Origin: an uncultured Clostridia bacterium | GTDB lineage: Bacteria > Bacillota > Clostridia > Christensenellales > Borkfalkiaceae | Assembly: GCA_944328645.1 (NCBI GenBank) | Contig: CALVHT010000164.1 | Coordinates: 1-58,755, forward strand | Direction: 5' to 3' | Length of the DNA: 58,755 nt | In this document: piece after piece, positions 39,270 through 48,631 of the stretch | Layout of the letters: each line of letters starts with the position of its first letter | Position numbering within the stretch: the stretch's first letter is position 1 | Notes under the pieces: model-generated | Told to the model about the DNA's origin: nothing | Seen by the model: the letters and a program-made list of their open reading frames with translations, nothing else | Databases searched by the model: none | Program-made: the position numbers and the translations under genes

Positions 39270-42083
39270 TTACGCGTAGTTAAGGTTGTTCTTGTCCTTG
39301 CAGAAATTATTCCAGTCTCCGTTGTTATAGTTATAAGTCATCAATCTCACGCCGCCATACATTGCAAAAATGTTGGAGGTGTCCGTCGCGTAGTTGACTT
39401 TTTTGGAGCGGAGCGTAAGGTCTGTGCCTACGCAGAGAGGCAGGGTGCGGAACGCACTGAGCAGATTAAATTCGAGCGCGGACATGATGGCAAGCTTTAC
39501 TTCGTTGCTTGCGTTTGCATATGTACCACCCGCCGAAATGGACTTCTGCCAATCGTAATAGCTCTTGGAAAGGGTTTCCTCGCCTTCGCCTTTAAAATCG
39601 CAGGTCACTTCAAAAGTTTCTGTCGTGGGGTCGAAACCGCATTCGATCAACGTGGTTTTGCTGGCATCTGTAAAATTACCGAGCATGCCGTTGGGGTCGT
39701 TATAGTCTCCCGAATAAGAGTAATACACCGCTTCGATCTGACCCTGTGCTATGGATTCGAGACGTCCGGATTGTTGGGCTTTGAATTCTACTTTGATTTT
39801 TCCGCTCAGAAACGTGCCCTTGGTCGCCGTGTCGATTTGCGTCTGCATGTACTGTTCCAACGAGGAAAGCTGTGCGGAGGTCGCGTTATTATAAATGTTA
39901 ATCTTGATAGTTTCCCCATCTGTATACAGCCCATTTGCCTTTGCGTAAGTATAAGCCTGTGTAAAGTACTCTTTGGCACTGTCGATGTCATAACCGGTAA
40001 TAGCGCGGTATGCTTCGTCCAGCGTTTTGTACGTCTTACCTTCGCCGTATTCCACACCGTAAAGATTGACGATGGATTGTTTTGCCTGCTCGCTGTTGCG
40101 GTAAATACTGTTGGCGTCGTTTTCGATATCGTAATAATAGTTTTCGTTGATAAAGGAGAACGCCGCCGCCGAACCAGCAAGGATGTTCTGTCCGATATAG
40201 CTTCTGTCAAGGCAGAGAGAAATAGCCTTGCGGAAATCGGTCACGGAAAGAATCCTGCGGTTGCCCGCATTGTCTTTTTCGATCTCTTTCAACTTTTCGG
40301 CATTGGAATTGAATGTGATCGACCAAGTATTGCTTGCGGTGCGCTTTAACAGATAATCACTAAATTTATACTTGGATAAATTGTTTGTAGTCAGCTTAAC
40401 GGAATCGAGGTTGCCTGCTTCAAATTCGAGCAGAGCCGTTGCCTGGTCGGCAATGATCTGGCAGACGATCTTGTCCGTCTGGAATTGTCCGGCGTGATAA
40501 TTCGTTGCGCCCTCCTTATAACCGTACCAGTTTTCGTTGCGGACAAAAGTGATCTCTTTGTCTTTTTCGTATGCGGAAAGCTTGTAGGGGCCGTATCCCA
40601 TATAGTTGCCGCTAGTGGTGCCGTAGTTTGTCACTGTAAGAGAACCTTGCTGGGAATAACCTTCTTCGTAGTATTTTTTATAAACGAGCCAGTTGTCCGT
40701 AAGAAGATATTTTACCTGCCAAGCGGTGAGCGAATTAACAAACACCATCACAAAATGCGTATCGTCTTTTTTGTAGATACCTACGTTGTCGAAGGGCGTC
40801 TCTACAGATTCTTCGTATGATATAATGGAGAGCAGGTCGTACCAGTTGGGAATAAGCGCACCTAAGGCAGAAGCGCTTAGAACGGAGAAATTCGTTTTAA
40901 AATCAGCGAAGTTTTCTTTTGTGATCTTGATATATCCGTATTCGTTTGCCGAAGAAGCGTATTTTTTATACAGAATATCGTAAACATCTTCGCCTGCTTC
41001 GTTTTTGTAAAATTTTCTTTGCGATTCAATGTTGTGGTGTCCTTCAACGGTAAAGGAACCCTCCGAATCAAAGATAGGTGTCTTACTGAACGAGAAATAT
41101 AGCAGTTCATCTTCGACCATTTGATTCAGCTGGTCTTCCGTATATTCTGTTTCTGCTGTGATCTTGGTGTAAACTGGAGAAGCAGCTTGTAAAACGGAGA
41201 GCAAATCATACCAATTGGGTATGAGAACACCCAAGGCGGAAGCGCTTAACACAGAGAAATTTGTTTTAAAGTCAGAAACATTTTCTTTTGTGATCAAAAT
41301 GTATCCCAATTCATTTGCTTGATTGGAGTATTTGCTGTAGAGGATATCATAGACGTCTTCCCCGTCTTCGTTCAAATAATATTTCTTTTGGCTCTCGATG
41401 TTATGATGCCCTTCGACGGTGAAAGAACCTTCCGTATCAAAGATGGGCGTTTTCGTAAACGAGAAATACAGCAGTTCGTCTTCGATCATTTGATTGATCT
41501 CGTCGTCAGTATAAGTAGTTTCAGCGTTGATCTTGAAATATTCTTCCGTTGAACCGAAACTGTAATAGTTGCGTGCATTATACAATTCATTGTCGCCTGT
41601 AATGAACGTAGATGCACCGCTGTTTTTCATTTCGGGAGAGATGAGACGTTCCATCGACCATACGTAATCTTCTGCCGTGATCCTGGTACCATCCTCAAAT
41701 GTCGCGTCCGGGTTGAGCGTGATTTCCCAAGCTTTTCCGGTTTCTCCTTCCGCAATACCGTATTTGCCAATATTTGCGGATGTGATGTCTTTGGGATCGC
41801 CCGTGGCCATTTCATCGATAAAGGCATAAGTGGTACGGTCTTCGCTTAAAGTAATATCGTACAGACCGATTTCCGTATAACCTTGAATATATTCGTCAGC
41901 ATCTGTCGTGCCGTTGTGCGTATTCCAGGTGGTAGGAAATTTGGAAATGTATTCCCTGTATGTGTAGAGATAATCATCTTCGGAAGTTTTTTTGTTGCAA
42001 GCTGTCAAAACAGGGAGCAGCAAACAACAAAGCATGACCGCCGCCAAAAAAACGGCAACCGGCTTTTGGGTAAACAGTTTCAC
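39270..42083 (-). CDS. oppA: Family-5 solute-binding lipoprotein OppA, 937 aa, with internal tandem duplication
   Basis: GTG start after GGAGG; lipobox LTAC; FEDGTRITAEDYVWS, YGPY, FVRNENW, FRKAISL motifs. Confidence 0.88.
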   Translation of the reverse strand: MKLFTQKPVAVFLAAVMLCCLLLPVLTACNKKTSEDDYLYTYREYISKFPTTWNTHNGTTDADEYIQGYTEIGLYDITLSEDRTTYAFIDEMATGDPKDITSANIGKYGIAEGETGKAWEITLNPDATFEDGTRITAEDYVWSMERLISPEMKNSGASTFITGDNELYNARNYYSFGSTEEYFKINAETTYTDDEINQMIEDELLYFSFTKTPIFDTEGSFTVEGHHNIESQKKYYLNEDGEDVYDILYSKYSNQANELGYILITKENVSDFKTNFSVLSASALGVLIPNWYDLLSVLQAASPVYTKITAETEYTEDQLNQMVEDELLYFSFSKTPIFDSEGSFTVEGHHNIESQRKFYKNEAGEDVYDILYKKYASSANEYGYIKITKENFADFKTNFSVLSASALGALIPNWYDLLSIISYEESVETPFDNVGIYKKDDTHFVMVFVNSLTAWQVKYLLTDNWLVYKKYYEEGYSQQGSLTVTNYGTTSGNYMGYGPYKLSAYEKDKEITFVRNENWYGYKEGATNYHAGQFQTDKIVCQIIADQATALLEFEAGNLDSVKLTTNNLSKYKFSDYLLKRTASNTWSITFNSNAEKLKEIEKDNAGNRRILSVTDFRKAISLCLDRSYIGQNILAGSAAAFSFINENYYYDIENDANSIYRNSEQAKQSIVNLYGVEYGEGKTYKTLDEAYRAITGYDIDSAKEYFTQAYTYAKANGLYTDGETIKINIYNNATSAQLSSLEQYMQTQIDTATKGTFLSGKIKVEFKAQQSGRLESIAQGQIEAVYYSYSGDYNDPNGMLGNFTDASKTTLIECGFDPTTETFEVTCDFKGEGEETLSKSYYDWQKSISAGGTYANASNEVKLAIMSALEFNLLSAFRTLPLCVGTDLTLRSKKVNYATDTSNIFAMYGGVRLMTYNYNNGDWNNFCKDKNNLNYA
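40827..41540 (-). repeat. Intragenic tandem duplication in oppA, 369-bp period
   Basis: Two copies sharing EDELLYFSF, EGSFTVEGHHNIESQ, DFKTNFSVLSASALG, IPNWYDLLS. Confidence 0.95.
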
Positions 42084-42557
42084 AAATTTGACCTCCGTAA
42101 AAATTTTTTCGCGCATAGCCATAAGGCATGCACGTTTTTTCTCAATAATAACAAATAAGCATCTTTTGTTGTTTGCTTTGCAAACAACAAAACGGGGATC
42201 CCCGTTTTTAAATGTATACTTTTACTTCTTTATTTTATCATAAAATCGACACAGGCGCAATACTTTGTGAAAAAAAATTTTACGAGAAAAAAGCGGTTTT
42301 TAAATTTATCAGCAAAAAAATAAAACCTTTTAAATTATAAGGCTGTTTGCGAGCGAGCTAAATCGGTAACCAAACGATTATGTCTTCTCGAAAGATTTTT
42401 TGAATGTTTTTATGAAAACAGGCTCGTAATAAATTTAATTTGCAAAAATCGCTATTGTAAACTCAACGAATATTTGTTATAATAGGGGCAGATTTAAGTA
42501 CGTTTTAAGTTTCGGTGTTAACATACATTCAAAAATCCGATACGCAAGGTGAAATTT

Positions 42558-43247
42558 ATGCGATTGCTGCTTGCAGAAGACGAAAAAAGTTTATCCAAAG
42601 CGTTGGTTACGATTTTGGAATACAATCATTTTTCGGTCGATGCCGTGTATGACGGGGAAGAAGCGCTGAATTATCTTATCAACGGGAACTACGACGGCGC
42701 CGTTCTCGATATCATGATGCCGAAGATGGACGGGATCACCGTGCTCAGAGAGTTCCGCAAGACGAACAAGACGCTCCCCGTTCTTCTTCTGACGGCAAAG
42801 AACGAGGTGGAAGACAGAGTGTCGGGCTTGGACAGCGGGGCAGACGACTATCTCGGCAAACCGTTCGACACAAAGGAACTGCTCGCGCGCATACGCGCAA
42901 TGCTGCGGCGACGCGGCGATATGTCGGACAGCATCCTTTGCGTTTCCGATATTGCACTCAACCGCGTCACGTTCGAGCTGTCTTCCCCGAAAGGCGCTGT
43001 GCGGTTGGGCAACAAGGAATTTCAGATGCTGGAAATGCTCATGTCCGCCCGCGGCAGAATTGTATCGACAGAGCAGTTTATGGAGAAGATCTGGGGTTAT
43101 GACAGCGAAGCGGAGATCAACGTCGTGTGGACGTACCTTTCCTTTTTGCGCAAAAAGATTGCCGCCCTGTCCGACCGCGTCAATATCAGGGCGATCCGCA
43201 ATTCCGGTTATGTTTTGGAGTACGACGATGTTTGCAAAAGTACGTAA
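42558..43247 (+). CDS. OmpR/PhoB family response regulator
   Basis: LAEDE, LDIMMP, GADDYLGKPF, winged-helix C-terminus. Confidence 0.95.
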   Translation: MRLLLAEDEKSLSKALVTILEYNHFSVDAVYDGEEALNYLINGNYDGAVLDIMMPKMDGITVLREFRKTNKTLPVLLLTAKNEVEDRVSGLDSGADDYLGKPFDTKELLARIRAMLRRRGDMSDSILCVSDIALNRVTFELSSPKGAVRLGNKEFQMLEMLMSARGRIVSTEQFMEKIWGYDSEAEINVVWTYLSFLRKKIAALSDRVNIRAIRNSGYVLEYDDVCKST

Positions 43248-44418
43248 AAAATTTATTCTTGTGGCGGTTAGTTCGGTTTTTCTCGTTTTGTTACTGATTC
43301 TAGGCACGGTCAATGCGATCAATTATATAAATATAGTCGGCAATTCCGATCAGGTTATTTCCGTCCTTAAAGAAAACAACGGGGAATTTGGCAGCATCCA
43401 CGGACAAACTCTGCCTCCCGAAATGCCTTTTTCTACGAGGTATTTTACCGTCACCCTTTCCGAAACGGGAGAAGTACTCGCATTCAATCTTAATAAGATT
43501 GTTTCCGTATCTTCGGAAGAAGCGATAGCCTATGCGAGAGAATTGCTCGCGAAAAGCAAGCAGAGCGGCTTTTACGGCAATTTCCGATACGGCACCTTGG
43601 AAGTACAGACGGGCGTCAGGATGTATATTTTTGTGGACTGCCTTGTGGAACTGGAAAATTTTTCCGATTTTTTGGTTTCCAGCATTGTCATCGGCCTTGC
43701 AGGATTGGCTGTCGTATTTGTGCTTATTTTTATCTTTTCGGGCAGGATCATGCGTCCCGTTGCGGAGAGCTACCGAAAGCAAAAGCAGTTTATTACCGAT
43801 GCGGGACATGAAATCAAAACCCCGTTGACCATTATCGGAGCAAACGCGGAAGTCATCGAGATGCAGACGGGCGAATCGGAATGGACAAAGGGGATAAAAG
43901 ACCAGATTTCGCGGCTCACCTCCCTAACTGAAAAGCTGATATTTCTTGCGAAAATGGAAGAACAAACCGATATCCCGATGTTTGAATTCAGCCTTTCCGA
44001 CGTGCTTACGGAGAGCGTGCAGGTATTTTCCGCGGTTGCGGCGGCGCAAAATATAGAGCTTCAGCGCGACATCCAAAAAGGAGTGTCGTACAATGGCAAT
44101 GAAGAGATGATCCGCCGCATGATAACTCTGCTTGCGGACAACGCGATCAAATATACGGACGGAAAAACCGTTTCGTTTTCCCTGCGTACGGAGGGGAACA
44201 AAAAGATCGTCGAAGTGCGCAACGAAGCGTCTTACCTGGCGGACGGGAATCTGAGCCATTTGTTTGAGCGGTTTGCCCGCGGCGACTCTTCGCGCAATTC
44301 TGGTACGGGCGGACACGGCATAGGGCTTTCCGTTGCGCTGGCCATCACGGCGGCGCACGGCGGAAAAATCAGGGCAGAATGTGTAAAGGGTTCGGTGGTT
44401 TTCACCGTAATTTTATAA
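43228..44418 (+). CDS. Sensor histidine kinase
   Basis: Two TM helices, DAGHEIKTPL H-box, DNAIKY, FERFARGD, GHGIGL; start ATG 43228. Confidence 0.93.
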   Translation: MFAKVRKKFILVAVSSVFLVLLLILGTVNAINYINIVGNSDQVISVLKENNGEFGSIHGQTLPPEMPFSTRYFTVTLSETGEVLAFNLNKIVSVSSEEAIAYARELLAKSKQSGFYGNFRYGTLEVQTGVRMYIFVDCLVELENFSDFLVSSIVIGLAGLAVVFVLIFIFSGRIMRPVAESYRKQKQFITDAGHEIKTPLTIIGANAEVIEMQTGESEWTKGIKDQISRLTSLTEKLIFLAKMEEQTDIPMFEFSLSDVLTESVQVFSAVAAAQNIELQRDIQKGVSYNGNEEMIRRMITLLADNAIKYTDGKTVSFSLRTEGNKKIVEVRNEASYLADGNLSHLFERFARGDSSRNSGTGGHGIGLSVALAITAAHGGKIRAECVKGSVVFTVIL

Positions 44419-44425
44419 TTTTCAT

Positions 44426-44457
44426 AAAAAACACACTGACACGGTCAGTGTGTTTTT
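44426..44457 (+). terminator. Terminator after histidine kinase
   Basis: AAAAACACACTGAC..GTCAGTGTGTTTTT. Confidence 0.75.
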
Positions 44458-44514
44458 AGTTTGTTTAAGGTTTCCGTGTTACAATCCAAGCACAAACACG
44501 GGAGGATATCAACC

Positions 44515-46032
44515 ATGAAAAAACATTTCAAAACTATTTTTACGATCGTTGCCGTTGTTCTGCTGGCATGCACTTCGTTTTTTTACGGGTGCGAAGCAAG
44601 TTCCGCGGAAGAACAGATCTATATCGTGTCGATCCAGCAAACGGATACGGACGGTTTGCAGGACATTTATACGATCACGTATTCCGACGGCACGATGGAT
44701 ACGTTTACGATCACCAACGGTGCGGATGGACAGGACGGGAAAGATGGTACGGACGGGCAGGACGGTTCCGACGTTACGATTTCGGACATTTACGAGCAAT
44801 ACAAGGAACTGTCAGAAAATGAAAATCTGACGTTTGAAGAGTTTTTGTCGGAATATCTCACAATTTCCGATTCGATGACAGCGCTTGCGATCCAAAAGAA
44901 CCTTTTTTCCGTCATGAAGATCTATACCGAATTTGTCGTATCGCAGACATATTCTTCGAGGCCAGGACAAAATTACACCGTTTCCGATACCACTTTGTGT
45001 TCGGGATCTGCTGTAATCTATGATATGGATATTGCGGAAGACGGATACACTTATATCGTGACAAATTATCATGTCGTGTACCTGAGCGAAGCGGACGCTT
45101 CGAGTAACGGCGGCACAAAGATCGCTCGTAAAATTTACGGCTATCTGTACGGGAGCGAGGCGACGCCCGCCACGTCCGTCGATGCGAACAACACCGTGAT
45201 CAAAGACAGCGACGGCTATACCGTTTACGATTACGGAAATTATGCGATCGAATTGGAATACGTCGGAGGATCGGTCGCTTCCGATATTGCGGTCCTCCGA
45301 GTAGAAACAAGTCAGATCCTTGCCCTTAATCCGAATGCAACGGAAGTGAGCATTGCCGACTCCTATCACGTCGGCGAAACGGCGGTGGCGATCGGCAACC
45401 CCGAGGCTCTCGGCATCAGCGTGACGCAGGGGATCGTCAGCGTAGAGAGCGACTATATTTCCCTTAACATAGACGGTACGACGCGCTCTTATCGTTCGAT
45501 CCGTATTGATACGCCACTCTATTCGGGCAATTCGGGGGGTGGGCTGTTCAATGCGGAAGGCGAACTTATCGGGATCACCAACGCGGGAGATTCGTCCGAC
45601 GAAAACATCAATTACGCAGTTCCCGTTGAAATCGTGTGCGGAACGGCGGACAACATCATTTATTATTTTGAAAAAGGCGACGAGTCGTTCTGCGCCTACA
45701 AGATAACGCTGGGGATCACCGTACAGACGCAAAATTCCAAATACGTGTATAACTCGCAGACGGGCTACGGCGAAATTTGCGAGGAGGTCGTCATCGATTC
45801 CGTTTCGGACGGTTCCATTGCCCAAGCCATGGGCTTGCAGGCGGGAGACATCCTTTCGGCGATCGTCGTCAACGGTAGCGAATATACGATCTCGCGGTCG
45901 TTCAACATATCCGACCTGATTCTGACGCTGCGCTCAGGCGACGACCTGCAATGCGTGGTAAACCGTGACGGCTCCGACGTATCATCGAATACGTACACAT
46001 TGACGCGTTCCGATTTTACGGCGATCGCATAA
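44515..46032 (+). CDS. HtrA/S1C serine protease with PDZ domain and short collagen-like repeat, probable lipoprotein
   Basis: TNYHVV, SDIAVL, GNSGG triad; AIGNP; C-terminal PDZ; GADGQDGKDGTDGQDG; signal peptide ending FYGC. Confidence 0.88.
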   Translation: MKKHFKTIFTIVAVVLLACTSFFYGCEASSAEEQIYIVSIQQTDTDGLQDIYTITYSDGTMDTFTITNGADGQDGKDGTDGQDGSDVTISDIYEQYKELSENENLTFEEFLSEYLTISDSMTALAIQKNLFSVMKIYTEFVVSQTYSSRPGQNYTVSDTTLCSGSAVIYDMDIAEDGYTYIVTNYHVVYLSEADASSNGGTKIARKIYGYLYGSEATPATSVDANNTVIKDSDGYTVYDYGNYAIELEYVGGSVASDIAVLRVETSQILALNPNATEVSIADSYHVGETAVAIGNPEALGISVTQGIVSVESDYISLNIDGTTRSYRSIRIDTPLYSGNSGGGLFNAEGELIGITNAGDSSDENINYAVPVEIVCGTADNIIYYFEKGDESFCAYKITLGITVQTQNSKYVYNSQTGYGEICEEVVIDSVSDGSIAQAMGLQAGDILSAIVVNGSEYTISRSFNISDLILTLRSGDDLQCVVNRDGSDVSSNTYTLTRSDFTAIA

Positions 46033-46060
46033 TAAAGTTGTATCAAAAGGAGGGTTGATC

Positions 46061-47791
46061 ATGAAAATCAAAAAAATAGTTCCGTTTTTTTTGTCAATGC
46101 TGTTTTCCATCGGCTTATTGATGGGGTGTAATTCCAGTTCTGCTTTTACAAATCCGGGAGATTATCTAGGCGGAGGAGGCACCGTTTCTTCCTCACCTTC
46201 GGAAACGAGTTCCGAAAATGCCGGGGAAGCTTCTTCCGTCGTTTCGGGAACCGCCGATACGGGGGACATAACGGAAGTTCCGGAGGAAGCGGAAGAAATT
46301 TCAGAGGAAAACGACAATCTGAGCATCACGCAATCGGGCGTCTATTATCTCTCGGGCGAAATCAACGATAAAATTGAGATAACCGCCGAGGACGTGACGC
46401 TCTATCTGGATAACGCCACGCTGACGAACGGGAAAAAGGTCATTGAAAGCACGTATTCCCTCACGATCACGCTCATCGGGCAAAATTACATTAGCAATAC
46501 CAATACCGCCGACGCCAAAAATGCCGTAGACGTAGCGGGCGATCTTGTGATCAACGGCAGCGGATCCCTGGAAATTTCTTCCGTAAAGAACGGGATCAAG
46601 GCAAATTCGATCAGTATTATCGGCGCGACGCTTTCGATCGATGCGGAAAAAGACGGGCTGCACGCCGAAGTGGATGCCTATGACGAAGCGGCGGAAGCGC
46701 CTTCTCCGTCCTATTCCGATGGCGGATACGTCTATCTCAACGGCGCGACTTTGACCGTAACGAGCGTCGACGACGGGATCCAGGCGGACACCTTCGTCTA
46801 TATCACGGGGGACAGCGTCATCGAAATCCTGGCGGGCGGCGGCGCACCTGCGACCGTCACCACGACATCTTCCGACAACGCTTCCGGCAAAGGCATCAAG
46901 GCGGGAGCGATCGACTGGGGTTCGGCGGCAGAGGACCTGGAATGGGACGGCTACCTCGTCTGGATCGTCAGCGGCGACGTCACGGTTGACTCCAACGACG
47001 ATGCCCTGCATTCTGACGGAGAACTCCTGATTGAAGGCGGTACTATTTCCATATCGTCGGGCGACGACGCTATCCATTCGGACGATCTTTTGCAGATTTC
47101 GGGCGGTACCGTCGCGATCGATAAATGCTACGAGGGGATCGAATCGGCGAAGGTGGAGATCAGCGGCGGAACGATTGAAATACAGTCTTATGAAGACGGC
47201 ATCAACGCCGCCGACGGGACACAGACTTCGATGAACGGTTCGAACGGCAACTGCCATATCATTATTTCGGGCGGGTATATTTCCGTCAACTGCATCGGCA
47301 GCGAGGGGGACGGCGTGGATTCCAACGGAACCATCCTCATTTCGGGCGGACAGCTGTATGTGGCGGGCTCTTCCAATTCCGCAGACTCTGCTCTCGATGC
47401 GGACGGCGGCATCCTCGTCAACGGCGGATACGTGTTTGCCGTGGGAGCTTTGGGCATGGTGGAGACGCCTGCTACCAATTCCGCGCAATGCTGCGTGTCT
47501 TTTGCGACGAGCCAAAGCATTGCGTCGGGCACGACACTGTATTTGTGCGACAGTGACGGCAATATCATTATGTATTTTGTTACTCCGAGGAGTTGTCAGT
47601 CCGTCATCCTGTCCTGTCCCGAACTGGAAAGCGGCAAAACGTACAGCATTTACGCAGGAGACAGCCTGCTTACATCCTTTACGGTGTCCTCGACGATAAC
47701 AACAATCGGTTCTTCCTCGATCGGCAATACGGGCGGAGCGCCGAACGGCAGTCAGCCGGGTTCCAATATCCCCGGTTTCGGCAGAAGATAA
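46061..47791 (+). CDS. Cthe_2159/DUF4353-like beta-helix carbohydrate-binding lipoprotein
   Basis: Lipobox LMGC; repeated DDGI/DDALHS/EGIES/ISGG turns; DGVDSNG, LDADG. Confidence 0.8.
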   Translation: MKIKKIVPFFLSMLFSIGLLMGCNSSSAFTNPGDYLGGGGTVSSSPSETSSENAGEASSVVSGTADTGDITEVPEEAEEISEENDNLSITQSGVYYLSGEINDKIEITAEDVTLYLDNATLTNGKKVIESTYSLTITLIGQNYISNTNTADAKNAVDVAGDLVINGSGSLEISSVKNGIKANSISIIGATLSIDAEKDGLHAEVDAYDEAAEAPSPSYSDGGYVYLNGATLTVTSVDDGIQADTFVYITGDSVIEILAGGGAPATVTTTSSDNASGKGIKAGAIDWGSAAEDLEWDGYLVWIVSGDVTVDSNDDALHSDGELLIEGGTISISSGDDAIHSDDLLQISGGTVAIDKCYEGIESAKVEISGGTIEIQSYEDGINAADGTQTSMNGSNGNCHIIISGGYISVNCIGSEGDGVDSNGTILISGGQLYVAGSSNSADSALDADGGILVNGGYVFAVGALGMVETPATNSAQCCVSFATSQSIASGTTLYLCDSDGNIIMYFVTPRSCQSVILSCPELESGKTYSIYAGDSLLTSFTVSSTITTIGSSSIGNTGGAPNGSQPGSNIPGFGRR

Positions 47792-47807
47792 TTGAAATTA
47801 AAGATTC

Positions 47808-47840
47808 TGAAAAGGACTTCTGGCTACAGAAGTTCTTTTC
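47808..47840 (+). terminator. Terminator after DUF4353-like gene
   Basis: GAAAAGGACTTCTG..CAGAAGTTCTTTTC. Confidence 0.7.
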
Positions 47841-48151
47841 TTGTATAGGAAAACCCACGGATAGTCCTCGGATAACAAGAAGCTTTAGCGATGAGGTTTG
47901 AAAAAAATGTAAATGCTTTATCTTTTGCTTCTAAAAAGACCGGATGTTGTATGCCTTGCGGAAAGCACAATCGGTGCGGTGTGTTCTGAGCGGACTGAAA
48001 AAAATTGTTGCGAAATTCTTAAGCCAGATAATATTTTGATTATTGAGTTGAAGAAAGGTTGCTTTGAAATAGGTTATAAAGAAAAATCATAAGCAGAACA
48101 ATATGTCAGGCAAATTAAAAAATCAGGTATTCTTCATAAGGAATCGCGCAT

Positions 48152-48316
48152 TCATGCTTTTGTTGTCGGTGCGAAAATTGGTGATATTGATGCCACAAGC
48201 AGCAATGAAAGCGGAGATATAAACGTAGTTACATTTGGGCAACTTTTGCAAACATCGAAATTAAAATTATTTAAATTAAGAGAAAAATTACAAAAACGGT
48301 ATGTGTTAGTGGTCAT
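48152..48316 (-). CDS. Candidate 54-aa small protein
   Basis: AAAGGAG RBS 7 nt before ATG; TTGCAA..TG-A-TATAAT promoter just upstream. Confidence 0.4.
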   Translation of the reverse strand: MTTNTYRFCNFSLNLNNFNFDVCKSCPNVTTFISPLSLLLVASISPIFAPTTKA

Positions 48317-48479
48317 TGAATAGCTCCTTTGAAGGAGCATTATATCAAAAAAGAGGATTTTTGCAAATTCAAACCTGTATGTTTGCTTGCGAAAATCCTC
48401 TGAATACATTATAATAGAAAAAGGATGTCGAACGAAACAGTCCAATCAAAACTGTATCAAATTTCGACACCCTTCCACG

Positions 48480-48554
48480 TGGCAGGGGAGACGCGATTCG
48501 AACACGCAACCTACGGTTTTGGAGACCGCTACTCTACCGTTGAGCCACTCCCCT
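48480..48554 (-). tRNA. tRNA-Trp (CCA)
   Basis: AGGGGAG/CTCCCCT acceptor stem, GCGGT-CT-CCA-AA-ACCGT, encoded CCA; promoter TTGACT-N17-TATAAT. Confidence 0.95.
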
Positions 48555-48631
48555 AAGCACATAATATTATAACGCAAATGATTGATTAAGTCAAACAGAT
48601 TTAATATCTTCTGTGAAAAAGGAGTAAAAAA

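Noticed and set aside
44812-47515. Long antisense ORFs (337 aa and 404 aa), plus 32191-33087, 36024-36872 and 42591-43322
   Set aside because: Shadow frames opposite well-supported genes; no RBS or recognisable motifs
48480-48554. G-U pair at the top of the tRNA-Trp anticodon stem as a sign of UGA recoding
   Set aside because: TGA ends several conserved genes at expected lengths and conserved Trp codons are TGG; CGG also encodes conserved Arg
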